DNA from: Peptococcaceae bacterium SCADC1_2_3
GTDB lineage: Bacteria > Bacillota > Desulfotomaculia > Desulfotomaculales > Nap2-2B
Assembly (NCBI GenBank): GCA_000681355.2
Contig: JJNX02000001.1
Span: forward strand, 1,555-65,554
DNA length: 64,000 bases
Direction of reading: 5' to 3'
The notes below the pieces were generated by a model. The model was not told the DNA's origin, ran no database searches, and was given only the letters and a program-made list of their open reading frames with translations. The position numbers were made by a program, and so were the translations under genes. This document shows, in pieces, positions 51,330-61,233 of this stretch. Positions within the stretch are counted from its first letter, which is position 1. The number at the start of each line of letters is the position of its first letter.

Positions 51330-53099
51330 TCAAGTACTTAAGACCTGTTCCTTATGCGGCAACTCCAAACCTCTTTTGGTATAATGGGTATGGAGAAGCT
51401 TATGAGATTTGTGCCCTAGCGGTTCCTTCAGAAATTTATCATAGGCTTCTTTAATAGCGGGATTTTCATGAGATTGACGGAATTCCCGTACTTCAGCGTC
51501 ATCTAAATAAAGAGCCTCCGCACGAAGTATCCGGATTTCATTATTTGTAGGGATGGGTTCTCCACCGCCGGCTACACATCCTCCCGGGCAAGCCATAATC
51601 TCAACAAAATGATAACCGCTCTTTCCTTCCCGAATTTGGTCCATGATTTTGCGGGCGTTCCCCAAACTATGGGCTACAGCCACCTTAACATTCCCTAGTT
51701 CTCCCACGGGAACTGTAGCTTCCTTCACTCCCTCCAGCCCACGTACGGGCTTTATGTTAAGATCTTTCAGGTTTTCCCCTGTGACCACGGCATAAACGGT
51801 GCGCAGGGCTGCCTCCATAACACCACCTGTGGCACCGAAGATTGTGGCCGCACCCGTATATTGACCCATAGGAGCATCGTAAGCTTCATTAGGAAGATTG
51901 ATAAAATCAATCCCCGCTTCTTTAATCATCCGGGCCAGTTCCCTAGTGGTTAACACGTAATCTACATCGCGGTACCCGCTATCGCACATCTCGGGTCTTT
52001 GAGCCTCAAATTTTTTTGCGGTACAGGGCATAATGGAAACCACCACCATGTCTTTTGGATCAATGCCGGCATATTCGGCGTAATAAGTTTTCGCCATAGC
52101 TCCAAACATTTGCTGCGGAGATTTGCAGGTTGATAAGTGCTCCAAAAGGTCGGGATAAAAGTGCTCACAAAACTTTATCCATCCAGGACTACAGGAAGTA
52201 ATCATAGGAAGTACTCCCCCTGTTTTGACTCTTTTCAGAAGCTCGTTTCCTTCCTCTATAATGGTGAGGTCGGCAGCAAAGTTTGTATCGAAAACCTTAT
52301 CAAACCCGAGCCTGCGAAGGGCGGCAATCATCTTCCCTGTAACCAAAGAGCCGGGAGGCATCCCAAATTCCTCTCCCAAGGCAGCGCGTATAGCCGGGGC
52401 CTCTTGCACTACCACGTGCTTTGAGGGATCCTGAAGTACCTTACAAACCTCGTCCACATCGTCTTTCTCGTAAAGGGCACCGACGGGACAGACCATAACG
52501 CATTGACCACAGTTAGTACAATTTGTCTCGTTAAGAGGAAGATTAAAGGCTGGCACCACTCTTACATCACTTCCTCTCCAGGCAGCAGTCAGGACATCAA
52601 CTGTCTGAATAGATTCACAGACGGTAATGCAACGATGACAGTTAATACATTTTCTGCTATCCCGAACAATAGAAAGGCTAGACCGGTCAATCATTTCTTC
52701 GACGTTGAAAACAGGATATTCGAACCTCACTGTTTTTACGCCAACCTGCTCCGCCACCTTTTGAAGCTCACAATTACCGCCTCTGATGCAAAAATTGCAC
52801 TCTGGTGGATGGTTTGCCAAAAGAAGCTCCACAGTCATTCTTCTTGCCTTGCGGACCCGCTCCGTGTTTGTCCGGACAACCATACCCTCATTAACAGGGT
52901 ATACACAAGACGCAACCAGGTTAGGCATTTTTTCAACCTCTACAACACAAACCCGGCAAGCGCCAGGGGTGTGTTCAATCTCAGGATAGGCACACAAGGT
53001 TGGTATTTTAATGCCTGCTTTTTTTGCCGCTTCTAACACGGTGCTGTCCGGTTCCGCTTCTACTTTGATATTATCTATAGTTATGTTTACTGATGACAT
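51330..53099 (-). CDS. hydA: FeFe-hydrogenase catalytic alpha subunit (group A, multimeric)
   Basis: 2Fe-2S, His-ligated and 2x4Fe-4S domains; H-cluster motifs TSCSPGW, MPCTAKKFE and EIMACPGGCVAGGG. ATG at 53099 after GGAGAGGAG. Confidence 0.95.
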   Translation of the reverse strand: MSSVNITIDNIKVEAEPDSTVLEAAKKAGIKIPTLCAYPEIEHTPGACRVCVVEVEKMPNLVASCVYPVNEGMVVRTNTERVRKARRMTVELLLANHPPECNFCIRGGNCELQKVAEQVGVKTVRFEYPVFNVEEMIDRSSLSIVRDSRKCINCHRCITVCESIQTVDVLTAAWRGSDVRVVPAFNLPLNETNCTNCGQCVMVCPVGALYEKDDVDEVCKVLQDPSKHVVVQEAPAIRAALGEEFGMPPGSLVTGKMIAALRRLGFDKVFDTNFAADLTIIEEGNELLKRVKTGGVLPMITSCSPGWIKFCEHFYPDLLEHLSTCKSPQQMFGAMAKTYYAEYAGIDPKDMVVVSIMPCTAKKFEAQRPEMCDSGYRDVDYVLTTRELARMIKEAGIDFINLPNEAYDAPMGQYTGAATIFGATGGVMEAALRTVYAVVTGENLKDLNIKPVRGLEGVKEATVPVGELGNVKVAVAHSLGNARKIMDQIREGKSGYHFVEIMACPGGCVAGGGEPIPTNNEIRILRAEALYLDDAEVREFRQSHENPAIKEAYDKFLKEPLGHKSHKLLHTHYTKRGLELPHKEQVLST

Positions 53100-53118
53100 C
53101 AATATTTTCTCCTCTCCA

Positions 53119-56100
53119 TTAAATTTCTGCATCACATCGCAGGCAGCGACACGCTTCCCGGATGGCCTCTTCCCGGATGAAACCAAGTTCTACTTCATCG
53201 AAACTATTTCGCCTGGCAGCACCTTTTATTTCCGGCATTTTTGTTTGAGGACATTCCTTTACCTCTTCATCGATGATAAGCGGGATGTCAATCTCCTTTT
53301 CCGAAGGTGCTTCATATAATGGTTCTCCATTGCTTATCCTGATAGTGTTATCAATATCTTTTGCCGCCCTATGTCCCGCGGCAATCGCCCCAATCACCGT
53401 ATCCGGCCCTGTAACGGCATCTCCGCCCGCAAAGAATTTAGGATTTGTTGTTTGGGATTTACTCCCGCTTGCCAACTCAAAACAGTCCCATTTATTAACT
53501 TTCACGCCGCTATTATCAGGAACAAAAGTCAGATCTGATACCTGACCGATGGCAGCGATGACAGTATCCACACTAAGCGTGAATTCGGAACCTTCAATAG
53601 ATACAGGTTTTTTTCTTCCGCTTCGGTCAAAATCACCAAGCTTCATCCGTTGACAGGTAATCCCACTTACCTTTCCATTGTCTTCGTCAATCTTAACAGG
53701 AGCCACTAAGTACTCAATCTTGACCCCCTCTTCTTCCGCCGCTTCAATTTCCTCTATTGCCGCAGGCATATCTTGCCTTAGACGACGGTAAAGAATAGTA
53801 ACTTCAACACCTAAACGAACGGCACAACGGGCGGCATCAATAGCTGAATTTCCACCACCAATTACGGCCACTCTTGCGCCAAGTGTTTTTTCACCTTTCA
53901 ACCAGGCGTCTTCATAGGTATTAAAATCCCTTAGAAATTCAACCCCACCATAAACGCCCTTGATGTCCTCTCCTTCAGCTCCCATTTTCTGGCTCTTATG
54001 CGCGCCAGGAGCTAAGTAAATATAATCGAATTCTTCGTTAACTTTTTCAAAAGAAATATTTTTTCCCACGCGCGTGTTGCACTTGATCTCCACGCCTAGC
54101 GCCCGAATGTTGTCAATCTCTTGACTCAAAATGTTGCGGGGAAGCCTGTAAGCAGGGATTGCCCAGCGAAGCATCCCCCCGGGTTCTGAAAGTTCTTCAA
54201 ATACAACCACTTTATAACCCCGCTGCGCCAAGTCTCGCGCTGCTGTCAAACCGGCAGGGCCCGCGCCAACCACGGCAATCCTTTCTTTTCTGGTTACAGG
54301 AACCGGTTCTATTTTAGGTCTTGCCGCATTATCGGTAATAAACCGCTTTAGATGCTTGATGGCAACCGGCTCGTCCACCTGTCCCCTTCGACACTTTGAC
54401 TGGCATTTGTGGTCACAAACCCTTCCGCAAACAGAAGGAAAAGGATTGGTTTTTAGGAGAATCTTGTAAGCCTCTTCAAAACGTTCTGCCCGCACTAAAG
54501 CAATGTAAGACGGGATATCCATTTCAACCGGACAGGTATGCTGACAGGGCGACTTAAATAAAGCAGCACAAACTGCCGCGGGACAACGCTTATCCCTTAT
54601 ATGGGCCTCATATTCATCCCTGAAATAACGGATGGTACTCAAAACAGGATTAGGAGCCGTTTGACCAAGTCCGCAAAGGGCGGAATCTTTAATGGTTCTA
54701 GCCAGTTCTTCGAGAAGCTCAATATCCCCTTCTTTACCCTTTCCTAAAGTAATGTCGGTGAGGATCTCAAGCATTCTTTTTGTTCCCTCGCGACAAGGAG
54801 TACACTTTCCACAGGATTCCTCCTGACAAAATTCCATAAAGAAACGGGCCATATCCACGGCGCATTTGTCCTCATTCATGACAATCAAGCCACCAGACCC
54901 CATAATGGCTCCCAATTCTACTACGTTTTCATAATCAACCGGTGCATTTAAATGCTGAACGGGAATACAACCGCCTGACGGCCCGCCCAATTGAGCGGCT
55001 TTAAACTTCTTTCCACCAGGGATACCCCCTCCGATATCATATACGATACTTCCCAGGGTGGTTCCCATGGGAACTTCTACCAAACCAATATTATTTACAT
55101 CGCCTGTCAAGGCAAAAACCTTGGTCCCTTTGCTTTTTTCCGTACCCACACTGGCATACCAGGCACTACCCCTTAATATGATCTGACCAATATTAGCTAA
55201 AGTTTCTACATTGTTTAAAACACTTGGTTTCCCCCACAGTCCTGAAACAGCCGGAAAAGGGGGCCTTGGCCTGGGCATTCCTCTATTTCCCTCAATGGAA
55301 GTCATTAAAGCCGTTTCTTCCCCACAGACAAAGGCTCCCGCCCCCTGGTAAATTTCAAGATCAAAATCAAAACCGGTTCCTAAAATATCCTTTCCCAAAA
55401 GTCCATATTCTTTTGCTTGAGTGATGGCAATATTCAAACGTTGAATAGCCAGTGGATATTCGGCACGACAGTAAATGTAACCTTGATGAGCATCAATAGC
55501 TTTAGCGGCAATAACCATACCCTCAATAACAGCATGGGGATCAGCTTCAAGGACACTTCTGTCCATGAAGGCACCAGGGTCACCCTCATCGGCATTACAA
55601 AGGACATATTTTACATCCCCCTTGGACTGGAAGGCAAACTTCCACTTAAGACCGGTGGGAAAACCTGCTCCGCCTCTTCCTCGTAATCCTGAGTCCAAAA
55701 CTTCTTTGATAATTTCTTCTGAGGACATGTCAGATAAGGCCTTAGCCATCCCGGCATAACCATCCCTGGCAATGTACTCATCAATTTTTTCCGGGTCGAT
55801 AAGACCTCTATTTCTCAATACCCTTAATTCCTGAAGAGCAAAAAAGGGTATCTCCTGCATGGTGGGAATGACTTCTTCTGTGGTTGGTTCTTTATAAAGG
55901 AGCCTCTGTAAAAGCCTTCCTTTAACGAGATGTTCTTCAACTAATTCCGGAATATCCTCTGGCTTGATCAACGTATAAATGACGCCTTCCGGATAGACCA
56001 CCATAATAGGACCCAAGGCACAAAATCCATTACAACCAGTTTCGACAATTTTAATTTCTTCTGAAAGATTTTTTTTATCCAGCTCGGCAATCAAAGCCTT

Positions 56101-56175
56101 CTTTACGGCAAGACTTCCAGAAGCATGGCAACCTGTTCCTCCGCAAAGCAATAAATGTGCACGAAACACCTTCAA
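53119..56175 (-). CDS. Hydrogenase beta subunit (NuoF/HydB) fused to a C-terminal GltD/NfnB-like FAD-NADP(H) module
   Basis: Trx-like 2Fe-2S domain, GRGGAGFP, NADEGDPGAFMDR, GGPSGG and ESCGKCTPC; then CPVEMDIP, CGRVC, GAGPAG, GGGNSA.D and YRR. Confidence 0.9.
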   Translation of the reverse strand: MKVFRAHLLLCGGTGCHASGSLAVKKALIAELDKKNLSEEIKIVETGCNGFCALGPIMVVYPEGVIYTLIKPEDIPELVEEHLVKGRLLQRLLYKEPTTEEVIPTMQEIPFFALQELRVLRNRGLIDPEKIDEYIARDGYAGMAKALSDMSSEEIIKEVLDSGLRGRGGAGFPTGLKWKFAFQSKGDVKYVLCNADEGDPGAFMDRSVLEADPHAVIEGMVIAAKAIDAHQGYIYCRAEYPLAIQRLNIAITQAKEYGLLGKDILGTGFDFDLEIYQGAGAFVCGEETALMTSIEGNRGMPRPRPPFPAVSGLWGKPSVLNNVETLANIGQIILRGSAWYASVGTEKSKGTKVFALTGDVNNIGLVEVPMGTTLGSIVYDIGGGIPGGKKFKAAQLGGPSGGCIPVQHLNAPVDYENVVELGAIMGSGGLIVMNEDKCAVDMARFFMEFCQEESCGKCTPCREGTKRMLEILTDITLGKGKEGDIELLEELARTIKDSALCGLGQTAPNPVLSTIRYFRDEYEAHIRDKRCPAAVCAALFKSPCQHTCPVEMDIPSYIALVRAERFEEAYKILLKTNPFPSVCGRVCDHKCQSKCRRGQVDEPVAIKHLKRFITDNAARPKIEPVPVTRKERIAVVGAGPAGLTAARDLAQRGYKVVVFEELSEPGGMLRWAIPAYRLPRNILSQEIDNIRALGVEIKCNTRVGKNISFEKVNEEFDYIYLAPGAHKSQKMGAEGEDIKGVYGGVEFLRDFNTYEDAWLKGEKTLGARVAVIGGGNSAIDAARCAVRLGVEVTILYRRLRQDMPAAIEEIEAAEEEGVKIEYLVAPVKIDEDNGKVSGITCQRMKLGDFDRSGRKKPVSIEGSEFTLSVDTVIAAIGQVSDLTFVPDNSGVKVNKWDCFELASGSKSQTTNPKFFAGGDAVTGPDTVIGAIAAGHRAAKDIDNTIRISNGEPLYEAPSEKEIDIPLIIDEEVKECPQTKMPEIKGAARRNSFDEVELGFIREEAIREACRCLRCDAEI

Positions 56176-56272
56176 CTGGGTATCATCCTCCTTATCTCAA
56201 TTTTTTGGAGTCATTCTCGTATAAAAGTCTGATAAAACTAAGGGCATAATGCCGTGATGCATCACATTTTTA

Positions 56273-56656
56273 CTACTTTATAATTTCTGCCCCTTTGGCC
56301 AGAACAAATGGGGTTTGAACCTCTCCCTGTAAAATATGTCTTTTGAAAACCTGTCTCATCTTGTTTGCATTCATATATTCGTACTTAATTGGCTCCTGTT
56401 CCATAGCTTCCACAGTAACCAAAGGTTCCCTGCTGCACAACCCCATGCACCCAGATGTTGTCACCATAACATCCGTTACGCCTGCCTCCTCAATCTCCTG
56501 TATCAGCGCGCTCATAACCTCCCTTGCCCCGGAGACAATACCACAAGTTCCCATATGAACGGTCACCTTTACTCTCCAGGCACCATCTCTCAAGGAGGTT
56601 TCGGCGTGAACTTTTTCCTTGATCTTTCTTAAATCTTCTATCGTTAGCTTTGCCAT
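56273..56656 (-). CDS. Thioredoxin-like 2Fe-2S hydrogenase subunit (HydD/HndB type)
   Basis: MGTCGIVSGAR and GCMGLCSREP. Confidence 0.88.
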   Translation of the reverse strand: MAKLTIEDLRKIKEKVHAETSLRDGAWRVKVTVHMGTCGIVSGAREVMSALIQEIEEAGVTDVMVTTSGCMGLCSREPLVTVEAMEQEPIKYEYMNANKMRQVFKRHILQGEVQTPFVLAKGAEIIK

Positions 56657-56680
56657 AGTTACTTCCCTCCTTTTTGCTTA

Positions 56681-57175
56681 TCAATTATATTGATTTAATA
56701 TCTCCTTGATTTTTGTTGGTTTTACCCTTCCGTGAACATTGTCATCCACAAGAACCATCGGTCCTAATCCACAAGCACCAACACATCTAACTGTTTCATA
56801 AGTAAACATTCTATCAGCGGTCGTTTCACCTTTTTTCACCCCATACTCCTTCTCTATTTTTTCAGCAATAGCTTTACCCCCTCGAACATAACAGGCCGTT
56901 CCCAAGCACACGCGTACCAAATGCTTACCCCGGGGAGTCATTGTGAAAAATGAATAAAAAGTCACTACTCCATAAACACGACTCAACGGAAGATTTAATC
57001 CTTCAGCGATTCTTTTCTGGACAGAAATAGGCAAATATTCAAGGGCTACCTGAACTTCTTCCAAGACCGGAATTAATCCTCCCGGTTTACCTTTGTACTT
57101 GTTGATAATTTCATCCATTTTTGCAATATGTTCCGAAGTAAATTCTTTCAGTAGATCACCGTCGGTTGCTTTCAC
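56681..57175 (-). CDS. hydC: NuoE-like 2Fe-2S hydrogenase subunit
   Basis: TFYSFF, CLGTAC and CVGACGLGP. Confidence 0.9.
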   Translation of the reverse strand: MKATDGDLLKEFTSEHIAKMDEIINKYKGKPGGLIPVLEEVQVALEYLPISVQKRIAEGLNLPLSRVYGVVTFYSFFTMTPRGKHLVRVCLGTACYVRGGKAIAEKIEKEYGVKKGETTADRMFTYETVRCVGACGLGPMVLVDDNVHGRVKPTKIKEILNQYN

Positions 57176-57254
57176 GTGCTTATTCCTCCTTTATCCAAAA
57201 TATAACTCACGTTTCTGCCCCTTTCTTAATTTCTTAATAATAAATTTATCTAAA

Positions 57255-57785
57255 TTATAAATTTTCGTCAAGATATATACGTAAAAACTTTATTATTTCT
57301 GGATGGTTTATGGGTACATCGCCCAACTGGGCCTTTATTTCTTTAGTATCCAGGATAAATCTATTACCATTTATTGTATAATGAAATTTAAAATCTACCT
57401 CTGGATTACTTATAACTGATACCAGGATGGTTTCTTTAATATTTCCCAATAATGGTAAATCAGGATGGTTCAAAACAAAGGAAGAATAAATTTCTGTACC
57501 TTTCCTCACCTTGCTTTTTAAATAAAAATTACCTCCGCAATGTTCTGCCGTACCCTTTAAAAGAGGAACACCTAGTCCTGTTTTCTTACCAGTTTTAGTT
57601 GAAAAAAAAGGGTCAACTACTTTTTTAGCCATCTCTTCTGACATCCCTTTTCCGTCATCCACTATCTTCATGGAAAGAAAATTTTTCTTGTTATCCCGCG
57701 TGATAAAAATACAAATATTTTTTGCTTCTGCCGTTAAAGAATTGGCTACAATGTCCATAATATGAACACAAATTTCATTTACCAT
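57255..57785 (-). CDS. HATPase-like ATP-binding protein of the hydrogenase regulatory cluster
   Basis: DIVANS, DDGKGM, DPFFSTK and GLG. Confidence 0.85.
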   Translation of the reverse strand: MVNEICVHIMDIVANSLTAEAKNICIFITRDNKKNFLSMKIVDDGKGMSEEMAKKVVDPFFSTKTGKKTGLGVPLLKGTAEHCGGNFYLKSKVRKGTEIYSSFVLNHPDLPLLGNIKETILVSVISNPEVDFKFHYTINGNRFILDTKEIKAQLGDVPINHPEIIKFLRIYLDENL

Positions 57786-57821
57786 AATTAATTAATCCTA
57801 TCTTAAAATAAACACCTTAAG

Positions 57822-58559
57822 TTATTGAAACTCCAGATAACGCCCTTCTTCAAATTTTAAGGCTCTGGCTATTTCTTTAAAGCTCGGCTCTTTAAGATAA
57901 AAAACAGTTCTTCTTTTACCTATATCTATAAGGTAATGAGCATCAGAAAATGTAACAAAAGGAATACCTTTCGGGTTGACCAACGGTAAAAGTTCCTCTA
58001 TTTTTTGCTTATTACGTACTTCTAAAGCATCAAAGGAAAGATTATCCGGTACATAACCCAGTTGACTGATAATACTAAAGGTCTGGCTATCTATATGAGA
58101 AGGAATTACCAGCCCCTCTTTTAACTTAACCCTGGAAACAGCATCTTCAAGTGAAATCTGGACGGAATTTAAAAGCAGCCTTTCTTCAAAGCGAATAATG
58201 TTACCATTTTCATCCACTACTACCTGGTCGCCAAAAAAAACCGGGTTATTTTTAACCGCTGGTAGGAATTCATAAATTTCTCTTTGAAAATCTAGAGCGG
58301 TCTTATAATTATCAAATAAAACTAAGAGATGAATTTCTTCCCTGGTTTGTATTTCCATACCAAATAGCACCACTAAACCAAGTTTTTTCCCTAACTCATG
58401 GACATAAATAGTATTTTCTACCATGTTATGATCGGTAATGGCAATAATATCCAAGCCCACCTCTTTGGCCTTTTTAATAACATTTTGAGGAGACATTTCC
58501 AGGCTGGCACATGGTGAAAGGGTTGAATGGATATGAAAGTCACAAAAAAAGCCGGTCAC
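57822..58559 (-). CDS. PHP-domain phosphoesterase
   Basis: DFHIHS, TDHN, HID and SDAH. Confidence 0.87.
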   Translation of the reverse strand: MTGFFCDFHIHSTLSPCASLEMSPQNVIKKAKEVGLDIIAITDHNMVENTIYVHELGKKLGLVVLFGMEIQTREEIHLLVLFDNYKTALDFQREIYEFLPAVKNNPVFFGDQVVVDENGNIIRFEERLLLNSVQISLEDAVSRVKLKEGLVIPSHIDSQTFSIISQLGYVPDNLSFDALEVRNKQKIEELLPLVNPKGIPFVTFSDAHYLIDIGKRRTVFYLKEPSFKEIARALKFEEGRYLEFQ

Positions 58560-58565
58560 CTCTTA

Positions 58566-58904
58566 TTAACCTCTTTTTAAAGCATTATAAATAAGACCGC
58601 TAATTTCAAAGGCCGGGCGATAATCTCTTAAAATAGCAATATTTTCACTTTTAGCTCTTTCAATAACTTCTTGTTCTAATTCAAGCTTACGCGGAATAAT
58701 GATCGCGAGAATATCTCTGAGTTTGGCCACGCCTAAAACATTTACATGTCTTTGGATGGTAATCCAGACGGAACCTTCTTCAATATTGGCGATAACATCA
58801 GACAAAAGGTCAGAAACGTATCCCGACTTTATTTCTTTGTCCAAGTTAACCTCACCGGTTAAAGTTTCAAAACCCAATAAATTAACCAACTCGCCAAGAG
58901 TCAT
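58566..58904 (-). CDS. DRTGG-domain protein
   Basis: GYVSDLLSDV, WITIQ.H.N. Confidence 0.85.
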   Translation of the reverse strand: MTLGELVNLLGFETLTGEVNLDKEIKSGYVSDLLSDVIANIEEGSVWITIQRHVNVLGVAKLRDILAIIIPRKLELEQEVIERAKSENIAILRDYRPAFEISGLIYNALKRG

Positions 58905-58957
58905 TATTTTCCTCCTAAGCAATATTTATTTATGACTATTTAGGGGCCCTCTTTTGT

Positions 58958-60328
58958 TTATTCGTTAACCTTTTCTTTTTTCTTTCCCTTTGCTTTTGAT
59001 GAGTTACTAACCATTGCCGGAGGCATTTTACGCGCTAAATCAAGTACTTCTTCGGCTAAGGTTTGTACTCTTTCCCTTAACTTAAAAATACAATCAGTGT
59101 CAACAGCCAAACCCCGGATAACGTCCTCGGCCAAGGCCCGGCAGCTTGGTGCGCCACAGGCGCCACAGTCCAGACCAGGTAGTTCGTTAGTTATTTTATC
59201 TAAACGTTCCATTTTAAGCAGTGCTTTGGATACGTCTTCATCAAGCATCATTACTGGTCTGGGCAGGATAGGTTCGGTAGAAAAAAACCTGCCTTGTTGG
59301 TAAAAATCCAACATATCTTTTTCCTGGTAATACGGCGTTTTTGCCCGGTACTTTTCAACAAAATATTTTAACTTTACCCTTCCTACAAATGGATTTTGTA
59401 TACTTAAGGGACCGCCTACGCACCCCCCGGTACAAGCCCGGAGTTCAAGAAAATCAACATCTCTTAATTCGCCCCTTTCTATTTCTTCCAATAAACTTAC
59501 CACATTATGAATACCGCAAACTGCTAAAATTGAACCATAATTCAACGCTTTAGCCTCTCCGGTAATGTAACCCCAGGACATTCCAAGGCCAGTTGCTTTT
59601 TGTAAATTCTTATTTTTCTCTTTTTTATGATTTTTAGCTAATTGCTTAAGTATATCTTTGTATACCAAAGACATATTAATAACTCCATCAACGGCGGAAT
59701 TTTTTATACCCGTAGGCTGTGTCATCTCGGTCACTTTAGCCGGACAAAGTGAAATAGCAAAAGCACCAATATCTTCATAAGGAATACCCTTTCTTTTTAC
59801 GGCCTCTTCCTTAGCTATCCTGGCAGCTATTTCTCTAGGAGTCATAAAAGGAGATACTTGGCTTAAAAGATCGGGAAATTTAATTTGCATTAAACGTAAA
59901 ACAGCAGGACAGTATGAAGAAATAAGCGGTTTTTTATACTTATTTGTACTTAAGTAATGACGGGTCATAAAAGATACTACTTCTTCTGCCAAAGCAACCT
60001 CAAAAACATCATCAAAACCGATGTTTAAAAAAGCGTCAAGAATGTTTTCCACGCTTTCCTCTTCTTTAAATTGGGCGTAAAATGTAGGACCTGGAAGAGC
60101 AATCTTATACTTAAATTCGGAAAGTTTGTCCAAGGTATCGGTAACCGCAATTTTAGCGTTATAAGGACAAACCCGGATACAATCGCCGCAATCAATGCAT
60201 CGTTCTCCTATTATATGGGCTTTACCGTCGTGAACGCGAATAGCTTCTGTAGGGCACCTTTTAATACAATTTGTACAACCCATACATTTTTCATAATCAA
60301 GGGTTATTGAATGAAAGTAACTAGACAT
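58958..60328 (-). CDS. Putative sensory/regulatory FeFe-hydrogenase-like protein (group C/D type)
   Basis: N-terminal 2x4Fe-4S; divergent H-cluster motifs SSYCPAV, SLCPAKVTE and ELRACTGGCVGG; C-terminal DCGACG..C FeS domain. Confidence 0.85.
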   Translation of the reverse strand: MSSYFHSITLDYEKCMGCTNCIKRCPTEAIRVHDGKAHIIGERCIDCGDCIRVCPYNAKIAVTDTLDKLSEFKYKIALPGPTFYAQFKEEESVENILDAFLNIGFDDVFEVALAEEVVSFMTRHYLSTNKYKKPLISSYCPAVLRLMQIKFPDLLSQVSPFMTPREIAARIAKEEAVKRKGIPYEDIGAFAISLCPAKVTEMTQPTGIKNSAVDGVINMSLVYKDILKQLAKNHKKEKNKNLQKATGLGMSWGYITGEAKALNYGSILAVCGIHNVVSLLEEIERGELRDVDFLELRACTGGCVGGPLSIQNPFVGRVKLKYFVEKYRAKTPYYQEKDMLDFYQQGRFFSTEPILPRPVMMLDEDVSKALLKMERLDKITNELPGLDCGACGAPSCRALAEDVIRGLAVDTDCIFKLRERVQTLAEEVLDLARKMPPAMVSNSSKAKGKKKEKVNE

Positions 60329-60352
60329 TAAACTACTCCTACCTTAACTTAT

Positions 60353-60814
60353 TTAATCTTTGGAAGACAAATAAACTATTGCCTCCAAAACCGTACCTAC
60401 TCCTACCTGAGACTTAATATTTAATTTATGGGAACATTGTTTAATATTAGGTAAACCCATTCCTGCTCCAAAACCCATTTCCCGTACCTCATGGGTCGCA
60501 GTTGAGTATCCTTCCTTCATGGCCATTTCTAAATCAGGAATTCCCATTCCTGTATCTTCCGTTAAGACAACCACCTTCTCGGGAACAATAATTACTTCAA
60601 GCTCTCCGTGGGTAGCGTGAATAATAACATTCATTACGGCTTCATAAACGATGATGGCTATATTTCTAACTTCCTCCGGCCTTAAACCCAACTGTTGCAG
60701 TGTTTTTTTAACCTTTGAAGCTGCCTCTCCGGCTACACTAAAATCTTTTTCTCCTATCTTAAACTCTAGCTTAAACTGCGGTTTGCTATCTGCTTCTTTG
60801 TCCGGGTGGTTCAT
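60353..60814 (-). CDS. RsbT/anti-sigma-like Ser/Thr kinase
   Basis: YEAVMNVIIH, DTGMGI, GYST and GAGMGL; ATGA overlap with the upstream gene. Confidence 0.85.
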   Translation of the reverse strand: MNHPDKEADSKPQFKLEFKIGEKDFSVAGEAASKVKKTLQQLGLRPEEVRNIAIIVYEAVMNVIIHATHGELEVIIVPEKVVVLTEDTGMGIPDLEMAMKEGYSTATHEVREMGFGAGMGLPNIKQCSHKLNIKSQVGVGTVLEAIVYLSSKD

Positions 60815-61170
60815 TGAGTAGAGTCCCTCATGCATCCCTGAAGTCCGTTCGTAAAAAGCAAACCGCAACACTTAAACATTAAAAAGGGGGTAGATAAAAG
60901 AGGAATATAGCTTGCTTCAGCTTTTTTAATTATTTCTTTTGCCGGTCGTTTCCCTCCTACAAACACTACTCCCACGGCATCCATTATTTCGGCGGTATGA
61001 ATTACATGTTCATTAATAAGGGAAGTAATTAAGAGAGTATGAGAACCGGCAAAAGCCAACATTTCACTCATCAGGTCACAACCAAATCCGGTCTCTGCTT
61101 CCCGCTCCAGTAAGTGCTCGCCACAAAGCACTTCAGCCTTAAGAATCTTTTGGATGTCTTTTAAATTCAT
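60811..61170 (-). CDS. DRTGG-domain protein
   Basis: GCDLMSEML, LLITSL and VFVGGKRP. Confidence 0.85.
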   Translation of the reverse strand: MNLKDIQKILKAEVLCGEHLLEREAETGFGCDLMSEMLAFAGSHTLLITSLINEHVIHTAEIMDAVGVVFVGGKRPAKEIIKKAEASYIPLLSTPFLMFKCCGLLFTNGLQGCMRDSTQ

Positions 61171-61233
61171 AATTCTAGCCTTACTTCCCTAATTACTTTA
61201 TATTTTTATTAATTCTATAAATTTATTATATGC

